NCBI GenBank assembly: GCA_965215885.1
Contig: CBDCEW010000104.1
Location: 276,301-340,300, forward strand
From: Candidatus Moanibacter sp.
GTDB lineage: Bacteria; Verrucomicrobiota; Verrucomicrobiia; Opitutales; UBA2987
Reading direction: 5' to 3'
DNA: 64,000 bases
The notes below the pieces were generated by a model. The model was not told the origin of the DNA and made no database searches. It was given only the letters and a program-made list of their open reading frames with translations. The position numbers were made by a program, and so were the translations under genes. Of the stretch, positions 9,626-21,297 are shown piece after piece. Numbering within the stretch: the first letter of the stretch is position 1; the number at the start of each line of letters is the position of its first letter.

Positions 9626-12600
9626 ATGAAAACTCAGTTCATTTTTCATTCGGTGTTGCTGCTAGGTGGATTCTCGCTTTCCGGCGAAGAGAGTAGGGAG
9701 CCCGAATCGGGTTCGAACTATAGCGAAGTCAGGGAGAGGGCGGAGCGACACTACGCGGGGAAGAGCTACCAGTTGGCGAATTCTATTTACGCTAAAGCAA
9801 AGGCCCTGGAACTGAGCGCCGATGAGGCCTTCTGGGTGGAATATCGTTTGGCTGACACGCAGTGGAGATCATTTGCCAGCACGCGAAATGCGGATCCTAC
9901 ACCTCTGATTGAGGCCCGTGAGGTATTGATGCAGTTGTTGGCGGAGCTCGAGGAGAAGGAAGGAACCCCGCCCGGATTGTGGGCTGATATTTCGGAATCT
10001 CTGGGTGATTCCTGGTGGTTCCCCCGTCAAGCGAGGAATTGGCACCAGGCCTGGCAGTTCTACGAGAAGTCGCTCGCCTGGTGGGCCGGATCGAGGGATA
10101 TTGAAGAGGCTCGTGAGCGCTACCTAAAGCTTGTTTGGAAGACATCCGGTCCTCCTGAAATGGCACCTCACTACTACTATGGATCCTATGGTAATTATAT
10201 CCCACTGCCAGTGTTGGAGAATGCGATAAAGATCAGCGAGTCACCCGAAGACCAGGCTCATGCGCACTATCTTATGGCGATGGCCCTGCGCGGCAGGGGG
10301 GGGTCGAAGCAGCATGTGGTTCGGGTCGGTGAGGAATTTGAGGCTGCAGTCAAATGGGGAAGGAAAACTGAATGGTATGATGATGCATTGTATCATTTTG
10401 CACAATGGACTTCCCAATACGGGCACTCGTATTTCGATGAGAATGGAGAATTGAACCTCAAGCCAGACTATGAAAAGGCTCTCACTCTCCATCGTAGATT
10501 GTTGTGGGCGTATGAGAAAGGCGATACTCGTCATTACGACAGTGCTCGTAACGCAATCCAGCAGATTACGAGGCCGACGATTTCCCTTACTGTATCAAAC
10601 GCATTTCTTCCGGGTTCGGAAGTGCAGTTCCATCTTGAGTGGCGAAATGTTGAGAAAGTAAGAATTACCCTCTACCGAGTCGACCTATCACGTGATATTC
10701 GCTTTTCGAAGAGCGAAACCGATCCCTGGCAATGGCTCGAAGCGGGCACGCTAGAAGCAAAAGAGCCATGGAAAGTACTGACACAGCGAAAGGAACCGGA
10801 GCGGCCCTATTACAACCTGTCCGAGGATGTCCGTCTGGATGATGAATTGTCGGCGGGCGCCTACCTGGTGGAGGCGAGGGGCGGGGGCAAACGCGCCCGC
10901 GACATACTCCTCGTGTCCGACTCAGTGCTGGTATTAAAAACGACAAACAGCCACGTCCTGGGATACTTCGCTGAGTCGGCCAACGGTGCCCCAATCCCTG
11001 AAGCTTCGGTGACGCTTTGGGAACGCTATTACAATGGGCGCCACTGGGTCTGGAATCGGCACTCTGGTTCGACCGATGGACGTGGGCTCGTCGAATTTTC
11101 ATTTAAGAAAATGAAAGACAACCGCCAGTATTTCGCGGCGGCTGTGGCGGGAGAGCGAGAAGCCTACGCCCTCTCTTCAAGCAATTTCGTTTACGGTTAT
11201 GGAGAGCAGCCATGGCGAGTGTATGCGTATACCGATAGACCGGCCTACCGACCGAATGAGACAGTCAATTGGAAAATCATTATGCGTCAGACCATCGGTG
11301 ACAGCTATCGTTTACCGGCGGATGAAGAGGTCTTTTACCGAATCAGTAGCCCACGCGGAGAAATGGTCGATGAAGGGCCATTGAAGCTCAATGCCTTCGG
11401 CTCTGCCTGGGGGAATCTTGAACTATCAAGTGAGATGGCACTGGGCGCTTACAGCATAACATTCCTGGAGAGTAGAAACGGTCGACACATAGGGCAAGCG
11501 GTGCTTTTTCGGCTTGAGGAATACAAACTTCCAGAATTCAAAGTCGCAATTAATCTGGGCTCAGGTGCAGAAGAGACCGGTGAAGTATTTCGAATAGGGG
11601 ACACGATATCGGGCACCATAAAAGCCGAGTACTATTTTGGAGGCGCAGTATCCGAGGCGGCGGTGGAGATCGTGGTCTACCAGCGACCGTTTTTCCACTG
11701 GTACCGCCCAATGCCGGAGTTTCACTGGTTGTATGAAGACTTATATCACCCTCCCTACCGGGGACATGGAGGCAAAGGAGCCGTTATTAAACGCGAGAGT
11801 TTGCGAACCGATTCGGGAGGCAAGGCAGCGTTTTCCTTTTCCACGCCGCAGCACTCGGACGGGGATTATGAGTACACCATAGAGGGGCGTGTGGTGGATG
11901 CTTCCAGACGGGAAATAGTGGCCGCTAGCACGATACGCGTAACCCGCCAGGGATACTTCGTATACCTTGAGCCAGAGCATAGGTTGTATAAGCCGGGTGA
12001 TCGGGTCGAAATAAGCATGAAGACGCTTGATGCCAATAACCGGCCCGTATCGGTGGAAGGAAGGCTGCGCCTCACCCGTGAAGAATGGCGCGAACGTTGG
12101 ATCGACCAGCGCGGGCGCGAGATCAGCGACAAGCAGATGGGAGAGTTGAGGAGGAAGTCAGGAAGGCGATTTTCGTTTGGAGCCTCAGCCGCGGACTATC
12201 ATTTGAAGGAGAAGGGCTACTCGGCCGAGGAGATTGAGACTACACGAGTAAGAACGGAAAAGAATGGTGAAGGATTTTACTCATTCGAAATACCGCGCGA
12301 GGGATTCTTCAAAATCGCGTGGATTAGCCAGGATACTAATGGACAGCCTATTCGATCGGATACCGCTGTCTGGGCGGCTGAGGAAGGGAACATTGATATT
12401 GGATACAGACCGGGCGGTGTTTCCATTGTCGTCGACAGAGACACTTTTCGAGTCGGTGAAAGAGCGCCCGTAATGATTTCGATTCCGAGTTCGGGCCGTT
12501 ACGTTTTATTCAGTTCAGGTGCGGAAGAGATGTTAACCCATGAGATCGTGCGAATAGAAGGAACGGTTAAGCTTCTTTATTTGGAGATTGGTGAAGAGCA

Positions 12601-15600
12601 TGTTCCAAACAGTTATCTGGATGCTGTAATGGTTTCGGGAAACGAGCTCTTTTTTGAGCAACGGCAGATCGTGGTCCCACCCACAAAGAACTTTCTGAAT
12701 ATTGAGGTTTCCGCGAATGAAGAGGCGTATGAGCCCCAACAAGAGGGCCACTACACAGTGCGAGTCTCAAATAATCTAGGGGCTCCTGTGAGGGCAGAAA
12801 TTTCCTTTAGTCTGGTCGATGAGGCGGTCTTTGCCATCCAACCTGACCTGGCGCCGGATATCCGCGAGTTTTTCTTCGGCAGGAAACGCCCTTATTCGAT
12901 ACGAACTAACAGTACGTTTTCTCAAAAGCCCTACTTCCGGTTCGATTCGGATAGAGAGGGGGAGGATTTTGGGCCTGTCCCGGCGCCTGCAGTTCCGAGT
13001 GAAGAGGCTATGTCTTTTCAGGGGCGGGCCGAAATTGAGGAGTTTTCCGATTCCGTGGTGATGGAGGGACGGGGATTTCGGCAGAAGGAGGCAGTCTCCA
13101 GGCTCACCCAGGCTGGTGCACTTTTTGAAGGAGAGGGTGTTTCCGAGCCGGCAGTAGTCGTGCGAACGGACTTTCGCAGTACGGTGTTCTGGAGACCCGA
13201 TATCGTGACGGGTGCAGACGGAAGAGCCGAGGTGAAGGTGAGTTTTCCGGATTCGCTTACGTCATGGAAAGCAACCGTGCGAGGAGTGGCGTTGAGCAAC
13301 CGGTTTGGTGCTGGTGACAGCGTGGTGCAGACACGGTTACCTCTTATCGCCAGGTTGCAAGCGCCGCGATTTTTCGTGACGGGGGATCGCCTCCTGGTAT
13401 CGGGTATTTTTAACAATAATACGGAAAGTACCGTGCCGGTGCGTCCTTCGCTGGAAATCGTTAATGGATTGGAGATTGAGGGAACTATTGGTGACAATGG
13501 CGAGTTGACAGGTGGAATACCGGAAACGGTTCTGATATCTCCGGAGGGCGAGGCACGAGTCGATTGGCAGGTTCTTGCGAAGTCTCAGGGGAATGCAAAA
13601 ATCAAGCTTTCTGGAATTGGGGCAGAATTTGCCGACGCCATGGAAAAAACCTATCCGGTCTACGAGCATGGAATAAAAAAATTGATCGGCGTTTCCGGTA
13701 AGATTCGGGAAGACTCCGTAAAGCTCGCCCTCGATTTACCGGCTGAGCGTAAGGTGGAATCAACGAAGCTCGAAATCGCGGTCACGCCCAGCGCGGCGGT
13801 GACAATGCTGGACGCCTTACCGTACTTGTTTGAATACCCCTATGGATGCACCGAGCAAACGATGAGCCGCTTTCTACCGGCAGTGATTGTAGCCAAGACT
13901 CTGGAGGACCTCGGACTGGAGCCGGAAGCGGTTGCCGAAAGAATGTTTGGAGGTGTGGAGCGAGAATTTGCAGGTAGTACCCAAAGCTCAAAAGGGCGAG
14001 GGATGAAGGACCTTAATGCCGTAGTAGAGAGTGGATTGAAACGGCTCTATGATTTTCAGCACTCCAGTGGCGGTTGGGGATGGTGGAAAAAGGGTGCAGA
14101 TGACCATTTCATGACCGCCTATGTGGTATGGGGTTTGACCCTTGCTGAGCAGGCCGGGATAGGAGTGAACGGTAGCGTGCTCAAGAGAGCCCGTTCCTTC
14201 CTGGAAAAGGAATTGGTTGAAGCGGAACAGAATTATGATCTTCAGGTCTGGATGCTTCACGCCTTATCCGTGGGCCAAATTGAGGCGAAGGGTAAGCACC
14301 CGGCTCGTTTTGAAGCGGCAGCATTTCTTAATTTGATGAAGAACCGTGAGCGGCTCACGGCATATACCAGGGCACTCCTCGCGTTGGCGGCGCATAACTA
14401 TGGACAGGAGGAAGACGCATTGCTCTTGATCGATAATTTGCGCAATGGCGTAAAAATCGACAGACGGCCGGATAGATCTGTGCTGATTGCGTCGAAGAAG
14501 GGCGACAATCCGGCAATAATTCCAACCGCGCACTGGGGAGAAGATGGTATCTTTTGGCGGTGGTCGGAAGGGGGAGTTGAAGCTACAGCATTTGCTCTAA
14601 TGGCACTTCTTGCCATCGATCCGAACAATCAACTGGTTGAACCGGTTGCGAACTGGCTGATAAAAAACAGACGAGGCGCGCAGTGGAGCAACACACGCGA
14701 CACCGCCATTACGGTTCTGGCGCTGAATCATTATCTTCTAAGTAGAGGAGAGATGGATGCTGCACTGGAGTACGAACTCCTCATAAACGGTGAGAGAATT
14801 GCTACAACGGAAGTAACGCCGAGCAATATTCTAGACGTATCCAGTGTGTTTGAAATCGACCAAAGTGCGATTCGTGATGGCGAGAATCTAATCGAGATCC
14901 GGCGTCTTACCGGCGAGGGCTCAATTTATTTTGCCGCACAAGCAGAATTTTTCAGTCTGGAAGAACCGATTCCTGCTCAAGGGAACGAAATTTTCGTGGA
15001 GCGTGAATACTACCGAATTCAACCGGTGCCGACTTTGCTTGATGGATATGTGGAGGAAAAAAGATTACTTAAAGACGGAGACCACCTCGCGAGCGGCGAT
15101 CGAATCGAGGTCGTGCTCACGATCGAAGGAAAGAACAACTACGAGTACCTGGTGCTGGAAGACTTGAAGCCGGCTGGATTCGAATCTGTTCAACTGCGGA
15201 GTGGTGAACCGCTCTATGCGCATGAACTGAAAGCTTCGGAAGCTTTAATTCCCAAGAGCTCGGATGGAGATCGGGCTGCCATGGACGACGAGGGTGACCG
15301 GCGGACCGGTCGGCAACGGTGGGTCTACCAGGAACTGAGAGATCGACAGGTAGCATGCTTTGTTGACAGGCTGCCGGAAGGATTCTGGGAGATACGCTAC
15401 CGGTTGCGCGCCGAGACGCCCGGCAGATTTCATGCCTTACCGGTCATGGCTTCGGCCATGTATGTTCCGGAGATCCGGGCCAACAGTAGCGAAGTGCGTT
15501 TGGAAGTTTCCGGGGAAGGCCCTTTCGGCAGCGAACGAGACAATCTTTTGTCTACTTTATCCGGAATGTTGGTACCACTGAGCACCATGAAAGATTGGAA

Positions 15601-15607
15601 TAATTAA
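9626..15607 (+). CDS. Bacterial alpha-2-macroglobulin family protein
   Basis: Signal peptide, YTDRPAYRP (MG2), EEYKLPEF, FPDSLTSW, thioester YPYGCTEQ, Q..SGGWGWW, C-terminal MYVPE. Confidence 0.95.
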   Translation: MKTQFIFHSVLLLGGFSLSGEESREPESGSNYSEVRERAERHYAGKSYQLANSIYAKAKALELSADEAFWVEYRLADTQWRSFASTRNADPTPLIEAREVLMQLLAELEEKEGTPPGLWADISESLGDSWWFPRQARNWHQAWQFYEKSLAWWAGSRDIEEARERYLKLVWKTSGPPEMAPHYYYGSYGNYIPLPVLENAIKISESPEDQAHAHYLMAMALRGRGGSKQHVVRVGEEFEAAVKWGRKTEWYDDALYHFAQWTSQYGHSYFDENGELNLKPDYEKALTLHRRLLWAYEKGDTRHYDSARNAIQQITRPTISLTVSNAFLPGSEVQFHLEWRNVEKVRITLYRVDLSRDIRFSKSETDPWQWLEAGTLEAKEPWKVLTQRKEPERPYYNLSEDVRLDDELSAGAYLVEARGGGKRARDILLVSDSVLVLKTTNSHVLGYFAESANGAPIPEASVTLWERYYNGRHWVWNRHSGSTDGRGLVEFSFKKMKDNRQYFAAAVAGEREAYALSSSNFVYGYGEQPWRVYAYTDRPAYRPNETVNWKIIMRQTIGDSYRLPADEEVFYRISSPRGEMVDEGPLKLNAFGSAWGNLELSSEMALGAYSITFLESRNGRHIGQAVLFRLEEYKLPEFKVAINLGSGAEETGEVFRIGDTISGTIKAEYYFGGAVSEAAVEIVVYQRPFFHWYRPMPEFHWLYEDLYHPPYRGHGGKGAVIKRESLRTDSGGKAAFSFSTPQHSDGDYEYTIEGRVVDASRREIVAASTIRVTRQGYFVYLEPEHRLYKPGDRVEISMKTLDANNRPVSVEGRLRLTREEWRERWIDQRGREISDKQMGELRRKSGRRFSFGASAADYHLKEKGYSAEEIETTRVRTEKNGEGFYSFEIPREGFFKIAWISQDTNGQPIRSDTAVWAAEEGNIDIGYRPGGVSIVVDRDTFRVGERAPVMISIPSSGRYVLFSSGAEEMLTHEIVRIEGTVKLLYLEIGEEHVPNSYLDAVMVSGNELFFEQRQIVVPPTKNFLNIEVSANEEAYEPQQEGHYTVRVSNNLGAPVRAEISFSLVDEAVFAIQPDLAPDIREFFFGRKRPYSIRTNSTFSQKPYFRFDSDREGEDFGPVPAPAVPSEEAMSFQGRAEIEEFSDSVVMEGRGFRQKEAVSRLTQAGALFEGEGVSEPAVVVRTDFRSTVFWRPDIVTGADGRAEVKVSFPDSLTSWKATVRGVALSNRFGAGDSVVQTRLPLIARLQAPRFFVTGDRLLVSGIFNNNTESTVPVRPSLEIVNGLEIEGTIGDNGELTGGIPETVLISPEGEARVDWQVLAKSQGNAKIKLSGIGAEFADAMEKTYPVYEHGIKKLIGVSGKIREDSVKLALDLPAERKVESTKLEIAVTPSAAVTMLDALPYLFEYPYGCTEQTMSRFLPAVIVAKTLEDLGLEPEAVAERMFGGVEREFAGSTQSSKGRGMKDLNAVVESGLKRLYDFQHSSGGWGWWKKGADDHFMTAYVVWGLTLAEQAGIGVNGSVLKRARSFLEKELVEAEQNYDLQVWMLHALSVGQIEAKGKHPARFEAAAFLNLMKNRERLTAYTRALLALAAHNYGQEEDALLLIDNLRNGVKIDRRPDRSVLIASKKGDNPAIIPTAHWGEDGIFWRWSEGGVEATAFALMALLAIDPNNQLVEPVANWLIKNRRGAQWSNTRDTAITVLALNHYLLSRGEMDAALEYELLINGERIATTEVTPSNILDVSSVFEIDQSAIRDGENLIEIRRLTGEGSIYFAAQAEFFSLEEPIPAQGNEIFVEREYYRIQPVPTLLDGYVEEKRLLKDGDHLASGDRIEVVLTIEGKNNYEYLVLEDLKPAGFESVQLRSGEPLYAHELKASEALIPKSSDGDRAAMDDEGDRRTGRQRWVYQELRDRQVACFVDRLPEGFWEIRYRLRAETPGRFHALPVMASAMYVPEIRANSSEVRLEVSGEGPFGSERDNLLSTLSGMLVPLSTMKDWNN

Positions 15608-15699
15608 CTTTTGAGCTGTTGAATCTGTGAATTGTTAATGGACGGTTGGATGGTCGACCTTCGACTGCGATTATGACGACGAAATTCGAGGATACGTCG

Positions 15700-16407
15700 C
15701 TAATTCGATTTCAGCTCGTGGTGTTTTTTTAGCAACGCCCGGTATACTTCGACATTGGAAATCGCGCCTGTCATTCCCGTATGCTCAAGAGGATTACTTT
15801 TTTCCTCAGCGATGCCCAGCTCTTCTGCCAATTCGTGGCCTGAGAGATCCCTTAACCCCAGGCTCCAGAGCATGGAAGGCAGGTCGAGGATATAGTAGTG
15901 AAAAATCTCCCGCCAGGTGCGGTCGACACTGCGGAAGAGTTGATCGACGAAGGAGATGTCGAACCAGGCATTATAGGCAACGAAGAGGACATTTCGACTG
16001 TCGGCCACGGCATTATGAAAGGCCACCAATTGCTCGACAGCTTCCTTCTGAGAGACGTACCCTCTCTGCTCCCAGAGTTCGACGGAGAATGCGTTGATGG
16101 CGGCAGCGCCCGGCGCGAGCCTCTCCGGATGCCGAGGTAAGATCCGAAGAAAGAGTCGATCCAGTTCGCGTCCGTCGAGGTCGGTAATCACGACTCCAAT
16201 ATCGATTATTTCATGATATCCGGGGACAAGACCTGTTGTCTCCACGTCGATGTGCGCAAGTATCCAATCCGCGGGTGAGTGGCTTGGATTTGAACCTGAT
16301 ACCGTCGTGCCATCGAGCGCCCTGACGTATTCCGGAACCTCCGCGAATGCATCAGTGCCGGGAAATCCGAGGAGAATCGAGAGTAGACCAATCAGGACGT
16401 TTTTCAT
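15700..16407 (-). CDS. DEDDh-type 3'-5' exonuclease with N-terminal signal peptide
   Basis: IDVETTGL, EIIDIG, AYNAWFD; hydrophobic leader ending AFA. Confidence 0.8.
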   Translation of the reverse strand: MKNVLIGLLSILLGFPGTDAFAEVPEYVRALDGTTVSGSNPSHSPADWILAHIDVETTGLVPGYHEIIDIGVVITDLDGRELDRLFLRILPRHPERLAPGAAAINAFSVELWEQRGYVSQKEAVEQLVAFHNAVADSRNVLFVAYNAWFDISFVDQLFRSVDRTWREIFHYYILDLPSMLWSLGLRDLSGHELAEELGIAEEKSNPLEHTGMTGAISNVEVYRALLKKHHELKSN

Positions 16408-16416
16408 ATTAATCTG

Positions 16417-16480
16417 GAAATCTATCTGACCTGGCAGTCTGTCGGCGAAGTCCGACAGACTGCCAGGTCAGATAGATTTC
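16417..16480. repeat. Perfect 29-bp inverted repeat, 6-nt loop
   Basis: GAAATCTATCTGACCTGGCAGTCTGTCGG-CGAAGT-CCGACAGACTGCCAGGTCAGATAGATTTC. Confidence 0.95.
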
Positions 16481-17022
16481 TAAATTGGCTGTAATTCCGC
16501 CTTCAGCACACCGATACAGCGGAGATTCCGGTAGCGCTGAGCATAGTCGAGCCCGTATCCGACGACAAATTCGTCGGGGATCTGAAACCCTACCAAATCG
16601 ACCTGGAAATCGACTTCGCGACGGGACCTCTTCTCGAGGAGAACACACGTTCTGAGAGAAGCGGGATTCATCTCTTGAATATATTCAACTACCCTCGTAA
16701 TGGTATTGCCGGTGTCGAAAATGTCATCGACGAGGAGGATGTGATGACCAGTGAGATCGAGAGAGAGCGTGCTTGTGATTTTCGGCTCGCCGAGAGGTTG
16801 CATGGCGTTCCCGTAGCTGGAAACGCGTATGCAATCGATGCGAACAGGGCCGGGTAGGTTTCGCACCAGATCGGCCGTAAAAAGGATCGCCCCGTTAATG
16901 ATTGAGATTACCGTGATTTCGTCATCGTGCGCGTAGAGCCCTGAAATCTCGCCTGCCAGTTCTTTGACACGGACTTTTATCTCGTCCTCCGTAATAAGTA
17001 CCAGTTCCAGGTCGTTTAGCAT
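16480..17022 (-). CDS. hpt: Hypoxanthine phosphoribosyltransferase
   Basis: VSSYG, LLVDDIFDTGNT, FVVGYGLDY..RYRNL. Confidence 0.96.
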   Translation of the reverse strand: MLNDLELVLITEDEIKVRVKELAGEISGLYAHDDEITVISIINGAILFTADLVRNLPGPVRIDCIRVSSYGNAMQPLGEPKITSTLSLDLTGHHILLVDDIFDTGNTITRVVEYIQEMNPASLRTCVLLEKRSRREVDFQVDLVGFQIPDEFVVGYGLDYAQRYRNLRCIGVLKAELQPI

Positions 17023-17059
17023 GGTGAACTATTGCCTATCTTTTCTTCGAGCGATGCTG

Positions 17060-20000
17060 TCAATCATGAACATTCTTTGCCGTGATATTTGCGCCTACTA
17101 CTGCCGTATGCCGGCGTAGCTTCTGATAGATTTTCGGCTTGACCTCCCACGTCATGCTTTGGCCGATGTCAGATGTCGCCACATGGTTGTCATCGAAGAG
17201 GAATCCCACCTGAACGGCAGTGCTTCCTTCATTATCTTCGAGCGTCTCCATGAGATCTCGGAGAAATTCATCAGCTGTCTGATCGGGGCGAAGAATCCAT
17301 TCGATGCGGGAAATTAATGACGAAATTCTGTCCTCAAGGGAAACAGCGGAATTAGCGCTGAGGCGTGAATCGCCGTTACGGTTCAGGACAGTCCCCTTGA
17401 GCAGAACGAGCCTGCCGTCAATGAGGAGATCTTTGCACTTTTCGTAGGCCTCGGCGCAGACATTTACGGAGAACGATGTCTTTCTGGTTCCGAGTTGGAG
17501 AATGGCCCAGGGGCGATTGTCGCGCCGAGAGATCTTCTTTGCCACATTAGTGATGACGCCACAGAGGCGAAAAGGAGAGCGGTCAGGCAGGTCGATGGCG
17601 GCGTTTTCCTGAAACGAGTCGATTGCCTCGTCGAGACCGCGAAAAGGGTTCATGGGATGGCCCGAAACGTAAAAGCCGAGGAGTTCCTTTTCATCCTGCA
17701 ATCGCTCTTGTATGGTCATGGCGTCAGTTTCAGCTGTCTCCGCCATCACTCCGACCGCTGATGCCGCGCCATTTTCCAGGAGCACCCCACCTTCATCAAT
17801 ATCGAGCATATCGAAGAATGACTCTTGTCCTCTTTCCCGATCCCGCTGCATGCTCGCGATACCCTGAAGAATGATGTCAAGGTGCTCGATGAGAGCGCCG
17901 CGATCGTCCTTCGAATAGTCGAACGCCCCGGATTTTATGAGACATTCGGATACTCTTCTATTGACCGCTTTTGTGTCTACCCGGTTGGCGAAATCCCGGA
18001 AGTCCGTGAAAAAACCGTTAGCTTCTCTCTCCTCCAGAATGCGTGTGGCGGCCGAGTCTCCCACTCCTTTGATGGCGGCGAGTCCGAAGCGAATGCTGCT
18101 ACTGCCATTTTTGGAAGGTTCTTCGGACTGATCTGAGCCGCCTCCGTTCATGACCGGTGTGAAACTTTCACGAGATTGATTAATCTCCGGACCGTGCACC
18201 GGGATATTCATGGCAGAACACTCGTCGATAAAGTGAGCGACCTTTTCGGAATTACCGAGCTCGCTGGAAAGAAGCGCTGCCATATACTGTACCGGGTAGT
18301 TTGCCTTTAGAAATGCGGTCTGGTAAGTGAGCATTGCGTAGGCGGCGGAATGGGATTTGTTAAACCCGTAACCGGCGAATTTCTCCAGAATGGAAAATAG
18401 CTCGAGGGCCGTTTTACGATCAATCCCATTTGTGCTTTTGGCTCCTTCGACAAAGGTCTCGCGCTGCTCCTCCATCACTTCGCGTTTCTTCTTGCCCATC
18501 GCGCTTCGAAGAATATCGGCTCCACCCAGGGTGTAGCCCGCGAGAACTTTGGCGGCCTCCATAACTTGTTCCTGATAAACCATAACGCCATAGGTTTCGC
18601 GGCAGATGTCCTCCAGGAGAGGATGGGGATATTGTATTGAGGATGGATCATGTTTACCGCGCACGTAGTCAGGAATCCAATCCATCGGTCCCGGTCGGTA
18701 GAGCGCGATGAGGGCAATGATCTCTTCAAACTTGGAGATCCCAAACTGTCGGCAGAGGCTACGCATGCCTCCCGACTCCATCTGGAACACCCCAATCGTC
18801 CTGGCCGCGTTAAGCAGTGAGAAAGCCTTTTCATTTTCCAGAGAAATGGTATCGATATCAAATGTGGGGGAGGCAGTGCGTCGCACGTGATCGACTGCGT
18901 CGGCAATAACGGTAACAGTCTTCAAACCGAGAAAATCGATCTTGGGTAAGCCGAGTTCCTCTACCGGACCTTTGGCGTATTGGGTAGTAAGCACTCCGTC
19001 CTGAAGGGTCAGGGGGATGTACTCAATCAGAGGACGGTCGCCAATAATAACCCCGGCGGCATGGGTTCCGGTGTTTCTGACCATCCCTTCGATGATTTTC
19101 CCATGATCGAGAATCTTTTCCGCGAGCGGATTGGTATTCACTTCGTGCTGCAGTTCGCGACTCTTCTCGAGGGCGCCTCGGAGAGTGATGTTGAGGTCGT
19201 CGGGGACCATCTTTGCAATGCGGTCGGCGTCGGCATAGGGGATGTCGAGGACGCGGGCGACATCCCGAACCACCATCTTGGCGCCAAACTTACCGAAAGT
19301 AATGATATTTGCTACACACTCTTCACCATATTTTCTGCGCACGAAATCAACCACTTCGCCGCGGCGGCGCATGCAGAAATCGATGTCGAAATCAGGGGGT
19401 GAGACTCTTTCAGGATTGAGCATTCGCTCGAAGAGGAGTTTGAAACGGATGGGATCGATGCCTGTGATATTAGTGAGATAGGCTACGATACTTCCGGCTC
19501 CCGAACCACGTCCCGGACCGACCGGAATCTCTTCTGCAATGGCCCAGTTCATGAAATCCTGGACGATCAGGAAAAAATCGACGAAACCGGTTTTTTCGAT
19601 GGTGGCCAGTTCGTAGTCGACTCTTTCGATGAGGAAGCGGGCATAGGCCGGATCTTCCGCGCTATCCGGATCGTGATAATCGGTTCGGTAACGTTTCTTG
19701 AGTCCATCCACGCATAGATGTTTCAGGTATTCCGAGTGACTATTCCAGCTGCTCCCATTCTTCCTGGGAGCGGAAAATATCGGGAAACGGCTTTTCCCGA
19801 AGGGAATATCAACTTCACACATATCCGCCACCTTGGAGGTATTAGCGAGAAATTCTGGCCTCTCTCCAAAAAGCGTCTCCATTTCGCTACGCGATTTCAG
19901 GTAGAAATTATCATTGGCGTATCGCATACGCTCACGATCGGCGACTCGGGAAGCGGTTTGAATACAGAGAAGCGCATCGTGGGCCTCAGAATCGCTCCGA

Positions 20001-20644
20001 TCCACAAAATGGACGTCGTTTGTGCAGACAACTCTAAGATCAAATTCGCCGGCCAGTTTGAGTAAATCCGGGATTATCTTTTGCTGCTCCGGGAGATTGT
20101 GATCCTGAATCTCAACAAAGTAGCTCTCCCTTCCAAAAATATCGACGAACCGGCCCACCCATTCTCTGGCCTCCTTGTAATTCTCGGCCAGGAGATGTTG
20201 GGGAACGATCCCCTGGAGGCATCCCGTGAATCCGACCAGACCCTCGGAGTGGGCTGCAAGTCTCTCCATGTCGGTACGAGGCTTATAGTAAAAACCGTTG
20301 ATGTGGGCGTCGGTTAGGATTCTTGAGAGATTCTGGTATCCCTTGTAGTTGCGCGCGATAAGGCCCATGTGGTAGTACTTATGCCGACTCCGTTCCGGTC
20401 TTTCCGCCCGATCGTGCGTAACGAGGTAAATCTCGCATCCCAGAAGTGGTTTAATGCCGTGCGCCTTTGCCTGTTTGTAGAAATCGATCAGGCCAAAGAG
20501 ATTTCCATGGTCGGTGATTGCAAGCGCCGTCATACCGAGAGTCGAAGCCTTTTCCATCAGGCGGTCGATTCGGCAGGCCCCATCGAGGAGGCTGAAATCG
20601 GTGTGCAAGTGAAGGTGAACGAAATCCTTATCAGCGAGGGCCAT
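17060..20644 (-). CDS. dnaE: DNA polymerase III alpha subunit
   Basis: [16 protein letters not shown] domain, [26 protein letters not shown]-fold C-terminus; no intein seen. Confidence 0.98.
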   Translation of the reverse strand: MALADKDFVHLHLHTDFSLLDGACRIDRLMEKASTLGMTALAITDHGNLFGLIDFYKQAKAHGIKPLLGCEIYLVTHDRAERPERSRHKYYHMGLIARNYKGYQNLSRILTDAHINGFYYKPRTDMERLAAHSEGLVGFTGCLQGIVPQHLLAENYKEAREWVGRFVDIFGRESYFVEIQDHNLPEQQKIIPDLLKLAGEFDLRVVCTNDVHFVDRSDSEAHDALLCIQTASRVADRERMRYANDNFYLKSRSEMETLFGERPEFLANTSKVADMCEVDIPFGKSRFPIFSAPRKNGSSWNSHSEYLKHLCVDGLKKRYRTDYHDPDSAEDPAYARFLIERVDYELATIEKTGFVDFFLIVQDFMNWAIAEEIPVGPGRGSGAGSIVAYLTNITGIDPIRFKLLFERMLNPERVSPPDFDIDFCMRRRGEVVDFVRRKYGEECVANIITFGKFGAKMVVRDVARVLDIPYADADRIAKMVPDDLNITLRGALEKSRELQHEVNTNPLAEKILDHGKIIEGMVRNTGTHAAGVIIGDRPLIEYIPLTLQDGVLTTQYAKGPVEELGLPKIDFLGLKTVTVIADAVDHVRRTASPTFDIDTISLENEKAFSLLNAARTIGVFQMESGGMRSLCRQFGISKFEEIIALIALYRPGPMDWIPDYVRGKHDPSSIQYPHPLLEDICRETYGVMVYQEQVMEAAKVLAGYTLGGADILRSAMGKKKREVMEEQRETFVEGAKSTNGIDRKTALELFSILEKFAGYGFNKSHSAAYAMLTYQTAFLKANYPVQYMAALLSSELGNSEKVAHFIDECSAMNIPVHGPEINQSRESFTPVMNGGGSDQSEEPSKNGSSSIRFGLAAIKGVGDSAATRILEEREANGFFTDFRDFANRVDTKAVNRRVSECLIKSGAFDYSKDDRGALIEHLDIILQGIASMQRDRERGQESFFDMLDIDEGGVLLENGAASAVGVMAETAETDAMTIQERLQDEKELLGFYVSGHPMNPFRGLDEAIDSFQENAAIDLPDRSPFRLCGVITNVAKKISRRDNRPWAILQLGTRKTSFSVNVCAEAYEKCKDLLIDGRLVLLKGTVLNRNGDSRLSANSAVSLEDRISSLISRIEWILRPDQTADEFLRDLMETLEDNEGSTAVQVGFLFDDNHVATSDIGQSMTWEVKPKIYQKLRRHTAVVGANITAKNVHD

Positions 20645-20933
20645 AGCTGGGAAATGAAGGGCGCTTAGATCGGTAATCCAATTCGCAAATTCGAAGGGGT
20701 ATGCCGAGGCGATTCAAGCAGGAATTGATAGAACTTATTCACATTCCGAGCCTGAGGAGGTTCGGGATAGATGCTTGTTCGTAGGGCGTAGTCGTAATCG
20801 TCGTCGAAGGGCGGTTTGTGCTTCTCGACTTTCGATTACGAATAAGATTGGTTGAGTGTGTGAAATGCGCGGGGTAAAAAAAAGTTGACCTCGTGTTGTA
20901 AAACTGCCTCATTCTTCAACTCTCATTCTAACT

Positions 20934-21134
20934 ATGCCGGTTGAAGTAAGAATTCGTAAAGGCGAACCGATGGAGCGCGCCCTCCGCCGTCTCAAGAAGA
21001 GGCTGGATCGCGAGGGAGTGATTCGCGATGTGCGGGCCAAACGTTATTTTGAAAAGCCGTCTGAGGTAAGACGGCGAAAAAAGAAGATCGCTGCCTTTTC
21101 GAACATGCTGAGAGTTCGCCATGAGAACCTGTGA
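20934..21134 (+). CDS. rpsU: 30S ribosomal protein S21
   Basis: E.MERALRRLKK, YFEKPS..RRRKK. Confidence 0.96.
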   Translation: MPVEVRIRKGEPMERALRRLKKRLDREGVIRDVRAKRYFEKPSEVRRRKKKIAAFSNMLRVRHENL

Positions 21135-21297
21135 GCTGAGCCCGAAGGTTCTGCGAATCTTCGGGCTAGGTACTCCGATTTGCAGGTTCGGACATTAGGC
21201 GTTTACGGTATTCAGGTTCCAAGGCTGTTGCTGTGAGTGCTGCGCGGCGGCGGGTTCTCTTTCGAAATCGAGGATGCCGTGTGCGACATCAGCCGTA

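Noticed and set aside
17060..20644. Possible intein or split in dnaE
   Set aside because: Normal length and continuous motifs
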